From NCBI GenBank assembly GCA_963741095.1, contig CAVUGN010000001.1, forward strand, positions 1 through 64,000: DNA of 64,000 bases, written 5' to 3'. Position numbers and translations under genes: made by a program. The DNA is from an uncultured Candidatus Micrarchaeota archaeon. Lineage in GTDB: Archaea; Micrarchaeota; Micrarchaeia; Micrarchaeales; Micrarchaeaceae. The notes beneath the pieces were generated by a model. It was not told where the DNA came from. It made no database searches and saw only the letters and a list, made by a program, of their open reading frames with translations. Every line of letters starts with the position of its first letter. Position 1 is the stretch's first letter. This document shows, in pieces, positions 8,671 to 18,291 of the stretch.

Positions 8671-9786
8671 TTATATGAATTGACGCAGTTTTCCCCCGGT
8701 CCTTGCGGAGCTGCCTATGAACTGCGCCACCTGGGTGACAAAGGCATAGGTCATCGATATGATGAGCACAGGGTAGAATAGTATCAGGAGCCAGAAGCCG
8801 CTCATCGCGCTCTGCGTGTTCTGGAGCGCGTCCTGCAACTGAAGCACTATCGGGCTGGTCGGGGTTATGCTCGACACGGTGGAGCCGGAAACCGCGAATC
8901 TCGTCGCCTGCGCGGTGGCGGTCTGCACCGCCTGCGATATCCCTGGAGCCGTGAAATAGTACGCCACGGCGAAGAGCGAGGGCATGACCAGGTAGAAGCC
9001 TATGGCGAGCGCGATGAGCATTCCCCCCAGTGACCTGGTCGGGAATATCGACCTCAGCACCACGCCGGGCACGAGGAAGACGGGTATCGCGGCGGCCGCG
9101 AAGAAGACGAGCATGTAGTACTCGGCCCACAGCACCGTGACACCGTCGGAGATTATCCACCCCAGCGTCGAAAGCGGCGCTATGTACAGGATTTCGAGCA
9201 CTAGGTCCCCCAGGGCGGTGAACTGCGCATCGATGTTTACATTGAGCGCGGGATCCGGAGTCACTGTGGTCAGGGTGAGCTTGACGCTGGACAGGAACTT
9301 CGCAGGCATGTACTGGCCGAGGTAGGCGGAGTACAATCCCTCCGCCTGCTGCGTGGTGTTGGTCATCAGGTTGAGCGCGACCGGATAGGGGTTTATGTTG
9401 CCGACGAAGAACGCGGGTATGATGCCGAACAGGACTGCGCACACGTAGAGGAACATGCCCACTATTATCGCAGAGGCTATCGCCTCGTACAGCTCGCCCA
9501 TGCCGAAGTTCCGGATCCTGTCGTTTTTCAGGGCGACGCCGAGCATGATTATCAGCGCGGCTATAGAGAACGAGACGAGTATCGCAGCGGCGGCCAGCGG
9601 CAGGTCGTTGGCCCACTGCGCGTAGATCTGGTTGTTTATCGGGCAGTACCAGGGCTCGCTGTCCGATATCTGCTGCGCTATCGGACCAGGCACCAGTGCA
9701 CATTGCGGCAGAACCGCATGGACCTGGCCCGTGAGCACCACCAGCAGCAGCAGGATGGACGATATCGCTATTGCCCTTTTTCTCAT
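8671..9786 (-). CDS. CedA/VirB6-like polytopic membrane protein, paralog 6
   Basis: Likely start MRKRAIA at 9786. Motifs RIRNFGMGELYEAIAS and PGVVLRSIFPTRSLGGMLIALAIGFYLVMP. Confidence 0.7.
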   Translation of the reverse strand: MRKRAIAISSILLLLVVLTGQVHAVLPQCALVPGPIAQQISDSEPWYCPINNQIYAQWANDLPLAAAAILVSFSIAALIIMLGVALKNDRIRNFGMGELYEAIASAIIVGMFLYVCAVLFGIIPAFFVGNINPYPVALNLMTNTTQQAEGLYSAYLGQYMPAKFLSSVKLTLTTVTPDPALNVNIDAQFTALGDLVLEILYIAPLSTLGWIISDGVTVLWAEYYMLVFFAAAAIPVFLVPGVVLRSIFPTRSLGGMLIALAIGFYLVMPSLFAVAYYFTAPGISQAVQTATAQATRFAVSGSTVSSITPTSPIVLQLQDALQNTQSAMSGFWLLILFYPVLIISMTYAFVTQVAQFIGSSARTGGKLRQFI

Positions 9787-9793
9787 GGTACCA

Positions 9794-10861
9794 CTACACG
9801 ATCTGGGAGAGCAGGGACATGAAGTCCATGCGCTCACCTATTGCTTGGGAGAAATCTATTATGAATGCATCTAGTATGATGAAGTTCAGGAAGGGTATGA
9901 AGGTCAGGCCGGCCATGAGGTAGCCTATCTGTAGGTAGAAGGGCGCCATGCTCGAGGAACTGGTGCCCAGCACGAGCAGCCCCCAGAACGCCCTGAAGAA
10001 CGCCGTCGAGGAGAAGAGGGTCTGGCAGGACGAAGACGCGAGGCAGCCGAGGTGGGCCTGGACGTCTATGTAGCCGTAGGTCAGGCTGACGAGAAGTGGA
10101 TAGATAAGGCCGAGACCCAGGCCGAAGGCTATCATGGCCCCGCCGAAGGTCTTCGAGAAACCGAAGGTCCTTGATATCAACCCAAGGGTGAGGAAGAGCG
10201 AGAGGAAGAGCAGTGCGCTGGATATCAGCACCATCTGAATCTCCTGCAGTATCATGATCGTGATCGTCCCGGCAAACGCGAATATCAGCAGCGCGGCATC
10301 GAAAAGGGGTATGATGCCTGGCATGCCGAGGCTTGCGCCTATGCCGGCGACTGCGGGTATCGGCGCGATCGATATGCTCAGACTGGGCACCAGGCTGATC
10401 ATGAAAGCCATGAGGTACCAGATGTTCGCCATCTTGAAGGTCGCTATGTTGAACTGGGCCAGATCGCAGCTTGCGAGCGTGAATATCGTGGTCGCTTCGT
10501 TGCAGGGTAGCGCGCCGGCGGTCGAGGGCACGAGGTTCAGCGCGCCGAACGCGCCCTGCGGATTTATGAAGAACATGTAGGAGAATGCGCCGAATATCGC
10601 TATGAGCACCAGCGAGAGCAGAGCCTCGTAAATCTGCATCCTGGACCAGTTCCTTGCGTTGGTGCTCGCTATCGTGCCGCTCAGGGCGTAGACAATGCCC
10701 GCTATCGCCATTATAACAAGGACCGCGGCGGTCGCCACGGGTATCCAGGGCATTATCGAGAACGGAAGCGCCTGCGGCGCTGCCGCGATCGCCGAGCCAG
10801 ACAGCAGCGCAACGGCTAGCAGAGAGACGAGGAGCGTCGATATTATTTTTTTGCGCGGCAT
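9794..10861 (-). CDS. CedA/VirB6-like polytopic membrane protein, paralog 5
   Basis: Motifs NARNWSRMQIYEALLS and LGLISRTFGFSKTFGGAMIAFGLGLGLIYP. Confidence 0.7.
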   Translation of the reverse strand: MPRKKIISTLLVSLLAVALLSGSAIAAAPQALPFSIMPWIPVATAAVLVIMAIAGIVYALSGTIASTNARNWSRMQIYEALLSLVLIAIFGAFSYMFFINPQGAFGALNLVPSTAGALPCNEATTIFTLASCDLAQFNIATFKMANIWYLMAFMISLVPSLSISIAPIPAVAGIGASLGMPGIIPLFDAALLIFAFAGTITIMILQEIQMVLISSALLFLSLFLTLGLISRTFGFSKTFGGAMIAFGLGLGLIYPLLVSLTYGYIDVQAHLGCLASSSCQTLFSSTAFFRAFWGLLVLGTSSSSMAPFYLQIGYLMAGLTFIPFLNFIILDAFIIDFSQAIGERMDFMSLLSQIV

Positions 10862-12459
10862 TACAAGACCCTTCTCAGCATGTTCTGCGACCTGAGAGCC
10901 GGAGCGCCGAGCATGTCGCCCATGGCCTCCATGAAGTCAAACGTTATCACCATCGAGATCGCAACAGAGAACATCGTGTACATGACCGGTTCTATGTAAT
11001 GCACGATGAAGCCGGTGATCATGCCGGTCGACCAGGTCTGGCCGCCCGGGATCAGGGCGTTTATCAGTTCATCGAACACGTCGTGGAAGCTGTTGAGGCT
11101 GAAACTGCCGGATGCGCCGCCCGTGAAGGTGTTGACGACAGTGCCTTCGGCGTTCGGGTTCGAGCAGGGCGTTGCTGACTGGTCCGCTGCGCTCACGACC
11201 GGCAGCTGCTGGGTCAATGATATCTCGTCGGTGGTCATGTCATTGGCAGCCACGCTATAGCACCCGGGCGCCAGTTTGGAGGCGTCGAATGTAGCAGTTC
11301 CGATGCTCTGGGCTTTCTGGATTTGGGCGCCATTGGTGTCTAACGTGCTATCGACAAGGACCTGGCAGTGGTCCACGCTCAGCGGACAGGTCGCAATTAT
11401 GCTGGCCGCGGGACCGGACTGCACGACCGGAGACGTCGGCAAGGTCAATCCCGGAGTGGAGACGTAGGGCGCGTAGCCGAAGAGCAGTGAGTAGATGAGC
11501 AGCGGGAACAGGATGTAGAACGCTATGAACATGCCGAGGAAGGCGCCGCCGGCGGGCCTCGTCCAGGGCAGCGTGCGGAGTATTATGCCGAGGTACAGGA
11601 AGAGAGGAAACAGGGCGTAGATCATGACTATGAACGTCGCGGCGCCCATCAGTATCACGGTGAAGCCGGAGGTGCCGTACATGAACGTGTTGGTCACTGT
11701 CGTGAGGGCGGAGATTCCCAGGATGGGCTTGAAGTTGAGGACGCCTATGAAGTTGGGATCGAAGTTTAGCGTCGTAGATCCTATCATGTTGAGCGTGCTT
11801 GTCATCAACCCGAACGTGAACATCACGGGCACCAGATTGAATGACTGTTGCACCAGCATCGTGCAGTCTGCGGTGAAGATGCCGTTGTTCAGCGCGCCGT
11901 TTCCCACGGCGAAGAAGTTTTTCGAGGTGATGGTGGCCGGCGTCACGGTGAACGAACCCACGAACAGCACCACTATGAGCAGCGTGAGCAGCAGCTCGCC
12001 AACCTCGGCCTTGGCGAAGCGCAGCAGCTTGTCTATCCTGAACGCGTAGCCTATGCTGTACATTATGCCGATCGCGAAGGACATGACGAGCATTATGAGA
12101 AGGGAGATTGCCAGGATGGACTGCGCAGCGCCGGAATGCCCGCTGAATATGACCCTGTCGGGATTTATGAGACCCTCGCTGATCGGGCAGGTTGCGGCCA
12201 CGTTGTTTGGGCAGGTTGGATTCGCGGCGCTGTTGCAGATGGCATCCACTCCGCCGGGGCAGATGGGTGATTCGCCGTTAGAGCAGGAGGCGATGTAGCC
12301 CGCGGCTGCCGAGCCGGAGCAGCTTGGGGTGCCGCTCCTGCCGCCGGCGCAGAGCGGGTCCGGCTGTATCGCGCCCCAGCTCTTCCCGGGCAGCAATGCC
12401 AGCAGTAGCAGCACTAGTATTGCAACCCTGAGCGCGTTTTTTGATTCCATCTTTTTCAT
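10861..12459 (-). CDS. CedA/VirB6-like polytopic membrane protein, paralog 4, with Cys-rich N-terminal domain
   Basis: Signal-like N-terminus followed by a 7-Cys segment. Motifs KLLRFAKAEVGELLLT and LGIILRTLPWTRPAGGAFLGMFIAFYILFP. Confidence 0.7.
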   Translation of the reverse strand: MKKMESKNALRVAILVLLLLALLPGKSWGAIQPDPLCAGGRSGTPSCSGSAAAGYIASCSNGESPICPGGVDAICNSAANPTCPNNVAATCPISEGLINPDRVIFSGHSGAAQSILAISLLIMLVMSFAIGIMYSIGYAFRIDKLLRFAKAEVGELLLTLLIVVLFVGSFTVTPATITSKNFFAVGNGALNNGIFTADCTMLVQQSFNLVPVMFTFGLMTSTLNMIGSTTLNFDPNFIGVLNFKPILGISALTTVTNTFMYGTSGFTVILMGAATFIVMIYALFPLFLYLGIILRTLPWTRPAGGAFLGMFIAFYILFPLLIYSLLFGYAPYVSTPGLTLPTSPVVQSGPAASIIATCPLSVDHCQVLVDSTLDTNGAQIQKAQSIGTATFDASKLAPGCYSVAANDMTTDEISLTQQLPVVSAADQSATPCSNPNAEGTVVNTFTGGASGSFSLNSFHDVFDELINALIPGGQTWSTGMITGFIVHYIEPVMYTMFSVAISMVITFDFMEAMGDMLGAPALRSQNMLRRVL

Positions 12460-14106
12460 CTACAAAAGCTTTGCTATTCCTGCGAGGCTTGTATCCCCGC
12501 CCAGCAGCCCCGACACTCCGAGTATGGCGGTTAGTGTTATCACCAGGTTGAGGATCGGGACTATGTACGCCGAGATTCCTATTATGCCGAACGACTGCAT
12601 CATTCCCTTCAGCGTCGCGAAGGCATGGTCCGACGTGCACACGAACGGCAGCGGGAAGCTGGGCATCGTGGCCAGGTGGAAGCCGTTTGACACGAGCGCG
12701 ACCAGCGGCCCTATCGCGCTGTACAGCGGTATCAGCAGGGTCATCACGTCGCCCGCTTCGGCCGCGTACAGGTCTACGGAAGCTCCGCCCAAGACGTGCG
12801 GCCAGCACTGGTTGGTTCGAGCTATCTCTTCTATGCTTGGTTCGACGAAGAAGTTGAGCGTGTAGTTGCAAGTCGGATTGATCGTGTCCTCCTGTTTTGT
12901 TATTGCGTTGTAGACTTGTGGGCAGACTGGATTGTTGCCGCTGTCCTGCTTGCCCAAAGACGTGAAGCACACCGGAGAGTATATCATGGAATTGCTGCAT
13001 CCGGTAGTGTCCGCGCTGATCTTGCACGACGCAGGCAACGGCGCTCCGGTGGAAGTGATGACTTCGCCGGGACAGACTGCCGCGCCCCTGCCAGGCAGGC
13101 CGGTTATGTAGCTGTACCCGTAGGCCTGCGCGTTTGACTGGACTGCGGCGTTGCTGTTGCTGCCGAGCACGAGGTATTCTGTTGTGTACATCAGCGGGTA
13201 GAAGAGCACCATGCCTATTGCGACGGCTATAAGGAGGCCGCCGACGCCCCTCGTGAACGGGGTGGACCGGAGCACCAGGCCCATGAACAGCAGGTACGGC
13301 CATATGAAGACGAAGACGACGATGAATACGAGCTGCGCGATGAACAGGGTGTACGCATTGGTCAACATCGTGCCCAGATCGGTCAGGGACTTGTATATGA
13401 AATCGAAGCCGGCGTAGGGCTGGAAGGATAATGTTATGTAGGTGGTGCTGGCTATGGGGTCCGGCAGGGGTGAGAGGCACTGCACCGATTCGGGCGCAGC
13501 GATCGGGTCGTCGTTGTAGCAGACCCTTATCTCCGGCTGGAGGGTGCTCAGGAAGCCTAGGAAGGAATCGACGACAAAGGCGTCGTTCAGGTTTGTTATG
13601 GTCTGGTTGGTGAGGTTTGCGACTATGACTCCGGTGACCGCCAATGGGTAGTCTATCTGGTTTGTAGGCGCCTGCAGGTTGACCGGCTTCACCATGTTGC
13701 AAAATCCGGGAAAGGGGGAGCCGCTGCCGCTTGCGGCGCCGCCAGACAGTATGGCACCCTTCGGGCCGAGCAGCGTCAGTTTGCTGTTCGCCATTATGCC
13801 CTGACAGATGCCGTTCGTTGTCTGGGGGTTCAGCAGTTGGGTCGTGCCGAGGACGTTGTAGAACGCCGATGAGAACACGGTAAGGAGCGCGACTATCAAC
13901 ACGGCCAGAAGCGCGGTGCCGCCGACCTGGTAGAGCTCGCTTCTTGCGGAGACCTTGACCGTGGCATTGCCCAGCATCGAGCCGAGCATGTACCACACCG
14001 TCACTATCGCGGAATCGATGAGGAGCGCGAGGAAGACCAGGGGGAGCATCTCCGTTTCCACTCCCTTGAAGGTTGCCGCCTGAATTGCCAGCACTATCGG
14101 AATCAT
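12460..14106 (-). CDS. CedA/VirB6-like polytopic membrane protein, paralog 3, with Cys-rich loop
   Basis: Motifs TVKVSARSELYQVGGT, MGLVLRSTPFTRGVGGLLIAVAIGMVLFYP and C-terminal PILNLVIT...SGLLGG. Confidence 0.72.
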   Translation of the reverse strand: MIPIVLAIQAATFKGVETEMLPLVFLALLIDSAIVTVWYMLGSMLGNATVKVSARSELYQVGGTALLAVLIVALLTVFSSAFYNVLGTTQLLNPQTTNGICQGIMANSKLTLLGPKGAILSGGAASGSGSPFPGFCNMVKPVNLQAPTNQIDYPLAVTGVIVANLTNQTITNLNDAFVVDSFLGFLSTLQPEIRVCYNDDPIAAPESVQCLSPLPDPIASTTYITLSFQPYAGFDFIYKSLTDLGTMLTNAYTLFIAQLVFIVVFVFIWPYLLFMGLVLRSTPFTRGVGGLLIAVAIGMVLFYPLMYTTEYLVLGSNSNAAVQSNAQAYGYSYITGLPGRGAAVCPGEVITSTGAPLPASCKISADTTGCSNSMIYSPVCFTSLGKQDSGNNPVCPQVYNAITKQEDTINPTCNYTLNFFVEPSIEEIARTNQCWPHVLGGASVDLYAAEAGDVMTLLIPLYSAIGPLVALVSNGFHLATMPSFPLPFVCTSDHAFATLKGMMQSFGIIGISAYIVPILNLVITLTAILGVSGLLGGDTSLAGIAKLL

Positions 14107-14113
14107 CGGATCA

Positions 14114-15283
14114 CTATATGCTGCTCCAGAAGGAGCCCGCGCCCTCCACGCCCGCGTTGAGCGCGCGCGTCAGGCCCATCGCGAAGCCGATCGTTATCGC
14201 TACATTTATCGCGAAGAGCACGACGCCCTGGAACACGAGCTCCGACAGGTTGATCACCAGCTGCTCGGTCTGCTGCGCGATGTTGAATATGTCGAAATAA
14301 TTGAGGAAGCTTGAGGTGGAGAAGGCGCTCAGCATGAACTTTATGGACGCACCAAGGTCCCCGCTCGATGAGGTCAGCGGCTGCGACAGGAAGCTGTTCA
14401 GCGGCAGGGAGTTGACAGTGTAGGACAGGGCTATGTACTGCGATGATGGATTGAGCGCAGGGTTGAAGACCCAGTACATCATGTACGAATCGAAGAGGAT
14501 CATTAGCGGATAGATGAAATACGCGGCGATGGCTATGGCTAGCACCGCGTTGGAGGTGTTCCTCAGATTTACGCCGGCGAAGGAGAGGGAGCGCATCGCC
14601 AGGGCCACCGGCAGTATCACCACGAAAGCGGAGTACTGCAGCACTGGCAGCGAGAGGTATTGCAGCATGAGCGCGCCTACCACGATTGTTATCAGCGGGG
14701 CGAAGACCACCAGGTATTGGTCCGACATGAACCTGAGCATCGTGCTGAGGTCAGGAGAGAATCCGAACGTCACCTTCACGTTGTCGCCAAAAGGTATCGG
14801 ACCCAGCTTCTCTGACAGGAGCAGGCCGTTGAGATAGACGTTCAGGCTGCCGTACAGCGTCGACTGTATGTCGTACCTCATCGTTGTGGTGTAGACGTAG
14901 GTCAGCAGCGAGAGGCCGGTGTGCATCGCCAGATTGCCGGCGTAGTAATCTGCGTACTGGAAGGGAGAGAGGCTAGCCTGGGATTTTGACACTCCGGCAT
15001 TCTGCAGCACGACCGAGCCTATCGAAGCGGTGGTGTTGCACACCATCTGCGCCGATGCTATGAGTATGGCTATTATCAGCACGCTGATGATCGACTGCGT
15101 TATCTCCGACTTCGTGGCCTCGTTGACCCTGCCGCGTATGCGCTCCGGCATGAACCTGCTGAAGGAGTACACCAGCGCGATCACAGCCATGCTCACGAGC
15201 ACGACAAGTAGGTTTATGCCTATCCAGCTGTTCGCGTAGTTGGTTGCACCGTACAATGCGCAGGTGTTTATTGCCGCCATCAT
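14114..15283 (-). CDS. CedA/VirB6-like polytopic membrane protein, paralog 2
   Basis: Motifs RVNEATKSEITQSIIS and VALAMRSLSFAGVNLRNTSNAVLAIAIAAYFIYP. Confidence 0.68.
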   Translation of the reverse strand: MMAAINTCALYGATNYANSWIGINLLVVLVSMAVIALVYSFSRFMPERIRGRVNEATKSEITQSIISVLIIAILIASAQMVCNTTASIGSVVLQNAGVSKSQASLSPFQYADYYAGNLAMHTGLSLLTYVYTTTMRYDIQSTLYGSLNVYLNGLLLSEKLGPIPFGDNVKVTFGFSPDLSTMLRFMSDQYLVVFAPLITIVVGALMLQYLSLPVLQYSAFVVILPVALAMRSLSFAGVNLRNTSNAVLAIAIAAYFIYPLMILFDSYMMYWVFNPALNPSSQYIALSYTVNSLPLNSFLSQPLTSSSGDLGASIKFMLSAFSTSSFLNYFDIFNIAQQTEQLVINLSELVFQGVVLFAINVAITIGFAMGLTRALNAGVEGAGSFWSSI

Positions 15284-15296
15284 TTCACTAGTTTGG

Positions 15297-16637
15297 TCAT
15301 GCGATCCTTATCCTCTTTCCTATGCTAAGCTTGAGGGCTCCGCCCAGCGACCTCGCTATGGTCTGCACGAGAATTATTCCGAGGACCAGATCCACCGGCA
15401 CGAGCACGAACTGAAGCACCATTATGAGGGCGTATTTGTCCAGGAGGTTCATTACGGGATACAGGTTGGTGAGATTCGTAGTCAGAGAGAAAAATCCGGT
15501 GAGGAGGGCCTTGTTTGCCGCCAGCGAGTCGAAGTTGTTTGCGCCGATGGCAATGATCAGCGGGTAATCCGCGGTGGGTATTGGTATGGCTCTGAATATG
15601 GCGCACAGCGGACCGCTGAGCACGCAGGCCGTCGGCGCGGAGGACGTGCCGGCGGTTAGACCTATGAAGTAATCTGTTATCGGCAGGTTGACCATTATCA
15701 GCATTGCCGGGTATATTATCGACATCCCTATCGCTATGGCTATCATCGTGCCGCCTATGCCCCTGAGGAAGGGTATGGACCTCAGCACTATGCCTATCGG
15801 CAGGAAGACCGAGAGCCCTAGAAGCACGATGGAGGGAAGCAGGTCGGCCTGGAACTGCAGCGACACCATGACCGGCACCACCAGCGCACGTATGACCGTC
15901 GCGATGAACGAGAAGGTGGGTATGGTGGGGTCTATGCCCTCTATGTAGGTGCTGGTGAACGGGCTGTAGGTGGAGCCGAATTGGAGCGAGCCCCATATGG
16001 GGATTGGAGGTGGCGGTGGCGGAAACGGTATCGGTATCGCGAACCACGTCTCGATTTGGATCAGCTTCGCGGTCCTTATCCCAACAGATAATCCGAACAC
16101 CGACGCGAAGGCGTTGTAGGCGTAGCAGAGCGTCGGCTGCAGGTACCCGGTCAGCGTGTCGTTGTAGAGCGCCGCCAGGTTTCTGTCCAGCGTAGTGGGA
16201 TTGGGCCCCTGGGTGATTGCGCCGGCGGCTGAGCACTTCGATAACGTCGCGCCGCCCAGCAGTGAGGAGCCCGCGGCAGTAGAAGCTGAGGCGAGCGATG
16301 CGCTTAGCGTGCCCAGAAGCACGATGACCGAGTAGATTATCGCGATCAGCATGAGGCTCTTCGCGGATTCCCATAGCTCCTTCCGGTACCATCCCTTCAG
16401 GTTGCCCATGTTGAGCACTTCCCCTATGACGTACGTGAGCGCGACGACCGATAGCGAAACAAGCATGCCCACCGCGGCCAGCGCGACGGAATCTGATACG
16501 CAGGCGCCGACGCTGATGAGATTCTGCGGATTCAGCAGGCAGTGGACCTCCAGAGGAGTAGTCCCGGCCCCGAAGACGGGGGTTAACAGAAGCGCAAGTA
16601 GTACAAACGCCATCAGTAAAGCGCGGCGGCTTGGCAT
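15297..16637 (-). CDS. CedA/VirB6-like polytopic membrane protein, paralog 1, with poly-Pro loop
   Basis: Motifs NLKGWYRKELWESAKS, IGIVLRSIPFLRGIGGTMIAIAIGMSIIYP and PIPFPPPPPPIP. Confidence 0.72.
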   Translation of the reverse strand: MPSRRALLMAFVLLALLLTPVFGAGTTPLEVHCLLNPQNLISVGACVSDSVALAAVGMLVSLSVVALTYVIGEVLNMGNLKGWYRKELWESAKSLMLIAIIYSVIVLLGTLSASLASASTAAGSSLLGGATLSKCSAAGAITQGPNPTTLDRNLAALYNDTLTGYLQPTLCYAYNAFASVFGLSVGIRTAKLIQIETWFAIPIPFPPPPPPIPIWGSLQFGSTYSPFTSTYIEGIDPTIPTFSFIATVIRALVVPVMVSLQFQADLLPSIVLLGLSVFLPIGIVLRSIPFLRGIGGTMIAIAIGMSIIYPAMLIMVNLPITDYFIGLTAGTSSAPTACVLSGPLCAIFRAIPIPTADYPLIIAIGANNFDSLAANKALLTGFFSLTTNLTNLYPVMNLLDKYALIMVLQFVLVPVDLVLGIILVQTIARSLGGALKLSIGKRIRIA

Positions 16638-16638
16638 G

Positions 16639-16666
16639 CTAAGATATCTTAGACAAGATATTTAAA
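16639..16666 (-). promoter_or_regulatory. TATA box plus 14-bp palindrome upstream of the six-paralog operon
   Basis: Minus-strand TTTAAATA at 16666-16659, 22-29 nt before ATG 16637. Perfect palindrome CTAAGATATCTTAG at 16639-16652. Confidence 0.55.
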
Positions 16667-16702
16667 CATGAAGAAGAAGTGTAGAACGCGTATGACAACT
16701 GC

Positions 16703-17434
16703 TCATCTGCCGAGGAGTTTGAACCTCTTCATGTACAGCTCGCTCTGCAGCAGCACCAGGAAGGGCAGTATGAAGAGCGAGTTGATGACGAGCATCAGGT
16801 ATCTCGACAGCACGGATCCGCCGATCACGATGGACAGGAAATCGAACGCGGTCAGCAGCACTATGGCGATCACCAGCCAGAGCAGGAAGTAGTCGAACCT
16901 TCCGATGACGAACTTGACCGAAGCCTTTATCGCCCTGGTTATCTTGTTGTCGTCTATGACTATCGAAGCCGGGGCGTAGAACAGGAACGGCGTTATCGCA
17001 AGGCCCACCAGTATGGTTATCGCGCCGGAGTAGGGATTGCCGTAGCTCAGCGCGTTTGCCAGCAGCGTTATGACGGTCGCCAACAGGAGCACTATGAAGA
17101 CCTTTGAGGTGTATTTCTCCAGGCCCTCCATCACCTCGCGCCTCACCTTCGTCCTCGTCCGGCTGTGCTTGACCACGATGTTTATCGCGACGATCGCGAA
17201 GCTTAGGAACAGGAGCGAGAAGAGCAGCGCAATGGCTATGACTGCGGTGTTGAACAGGTTCAGATTCAAGAACAGGCTGGCTGTCCTTATGAATATCGCG
17301 CCCGCATCGACGTAGGTCGGGAAGCCGGCGAAGACCGGTATCAGGAAGGCTATCACGAATGGTATCGAGCATAGCAGTATCAGGTATATGTCCGACAGGT
17401 AGGTTTCGACAGCATAATGCAGGACGTTTGCCAA
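16703..17434 (-). CDS. Integral membrane protein (about 6 TM), function unknown
   Basis: Hydrophobic 243-aa ORF with a TTG start; FLFYAPASIVID..ITRAIKASVKF pattern. Confidence 0.7.
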   Translation of the reverse strand: MANVLHYAVETYLSDIYLILLCSIPFVIAFLIPVFAGFPTYVDAGAIFIRTASLFLNLNLFNTAVIAIALLFSLLFLSFAIVAINIVVKHSRTRTKVRREVMEGLEKYTSKVFIVLLLATVITLLANALSYGNPYSGAITILVGLAITPFLFYAPASIVIDDNKITRAIKASVKFVIGRFDYFLLWLVIAIVLLTAFDFLSIVIGGSVLSRYLMLVINSLFILPFLVLLQSELYMKRFKLLGR

Positions 17435-17513
17435 AGCATCACACTACTGATTGGAGAACAAGTAATAAAAAGATGTCTAAAAAGGGAAAACAAGAAGATG
17501 GAAGACCCGGGGC

Positions 17514-18062
17514 TCAGCTGGTGCAGACAGAGAGTATCGAGCTTTCACTCCTTCCGGACACCAGTCCGATGATGTACGGTGCGAGTATCGAGATTATCAC
17601 TCCGACAACTCCGCCGAGTATGAAGCCAATGCCATAACCCTGTGCTGCGCCCTTGGACGCTCCCGGCATCACGTTGGCGCCCGCATAGAGCGTGCCGCCG
17701 ACCAATACAAGGACGATGGCCAGAAGGAATATTATGTTGTGCACGTTGTTGTACACCCCGCACAATGGGTACATGACCGCATTGGCCGGAGTCACGCACT
17801 GCTGCTCGTTTGTCGGGCAGCCGATCGAGGACACCGCACTGCAGCCTGAAGCGCAGGTTGCAGGGATTGAGCCTTGGCACATCGTTCCACCGACAAGTAG
17901 ACTGTAACCAGTTGCACAGCAGGTGGTGGATCCAGAAGGGGCGCATGTCGCACCGGTGAAGCTTGCGAAGGTGCCCAAAGCCAGGATAATCAGAACCAGC
18001 AGCCGCGTGTACTTGCCCACGCTGTTGTACCCGCTCAGGAACCCATAGGTTATATCTCCCAT
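17514..18062 (-). CDS. Putative VirB2/CedA1-like pilin with Cys-rich N-terminal domain (copy 2)
   Basis: Signal-like segment and 10 Cys in total. C-terminal hydrophobic helix-loop-helix NIIFLLAIVLVLVGGTLYAG..PGASKGAAQGYGIGFILGGVVGVIISILAPYIIGLV. Confidence 0.65.
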   Translation of the reverse strand: MGDITYGFLSGYNSVGKYTRLLVLIILALGTFASFTGATCAPSGSTTCCATGYSLLVGGTMCQGSIPATCASGCSAVSSIGCPTNEQQCVTPANAVMYPLCGVYNNVHNIIFLLAIVLVLVGGTLYAGANVMPGASKGAAQGYGIGFILGGVVGVIISILAPYIIGLVSGRSESSILSVCTS

Positions 18063-18291
18063 TATTGCACCATTCGATGCCGTTCAGTTATCAGGTTGAA
18101 TCTCCAGATATTAATACATTGCTGTGGCTGGAGGTTGAAAAGAAAAAAGAAGAAAGAAAGGAAAAGGATGTGCAGCTTCAGCTGTTGCAGACTGAGAGTA
18201 TTGAAGTTGCACTCTGGCCCGAGACCAGTCCGATGATGTACGGTGCGAGTATCGAGATTATCACTCCGACAACTCCGCCGAGTATGAAGCC
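17560..18291. repeat. 68-bp perfect direct repeat shared by the two pilin genes (17560-17627 and 18224-18291)
   Basis: ACCAGTCCGATGATGTACGGTGCGAGTATCGAGATTATCACTCCGACAACTCCGCCGAGTATGAAGCC is identical in both copies. Confidence 0.9.
18137..18168 (-). terminator. U-rich archaeal terminator after pilin copy 1
   Basis: Pure purine tract on + (pyrimidine/U tract on -) about 10 nt after the stop at 18178. Confidence 0.6.

Noticed and set aside
1788-16392. Long alternative-frame ORFs (552, 353, 572 and 355 aa) overlapping the membrane genes
   Set aside because: Arg/His/Pro-rich shadow frames expected from high GC at third codon positions; no motifs.
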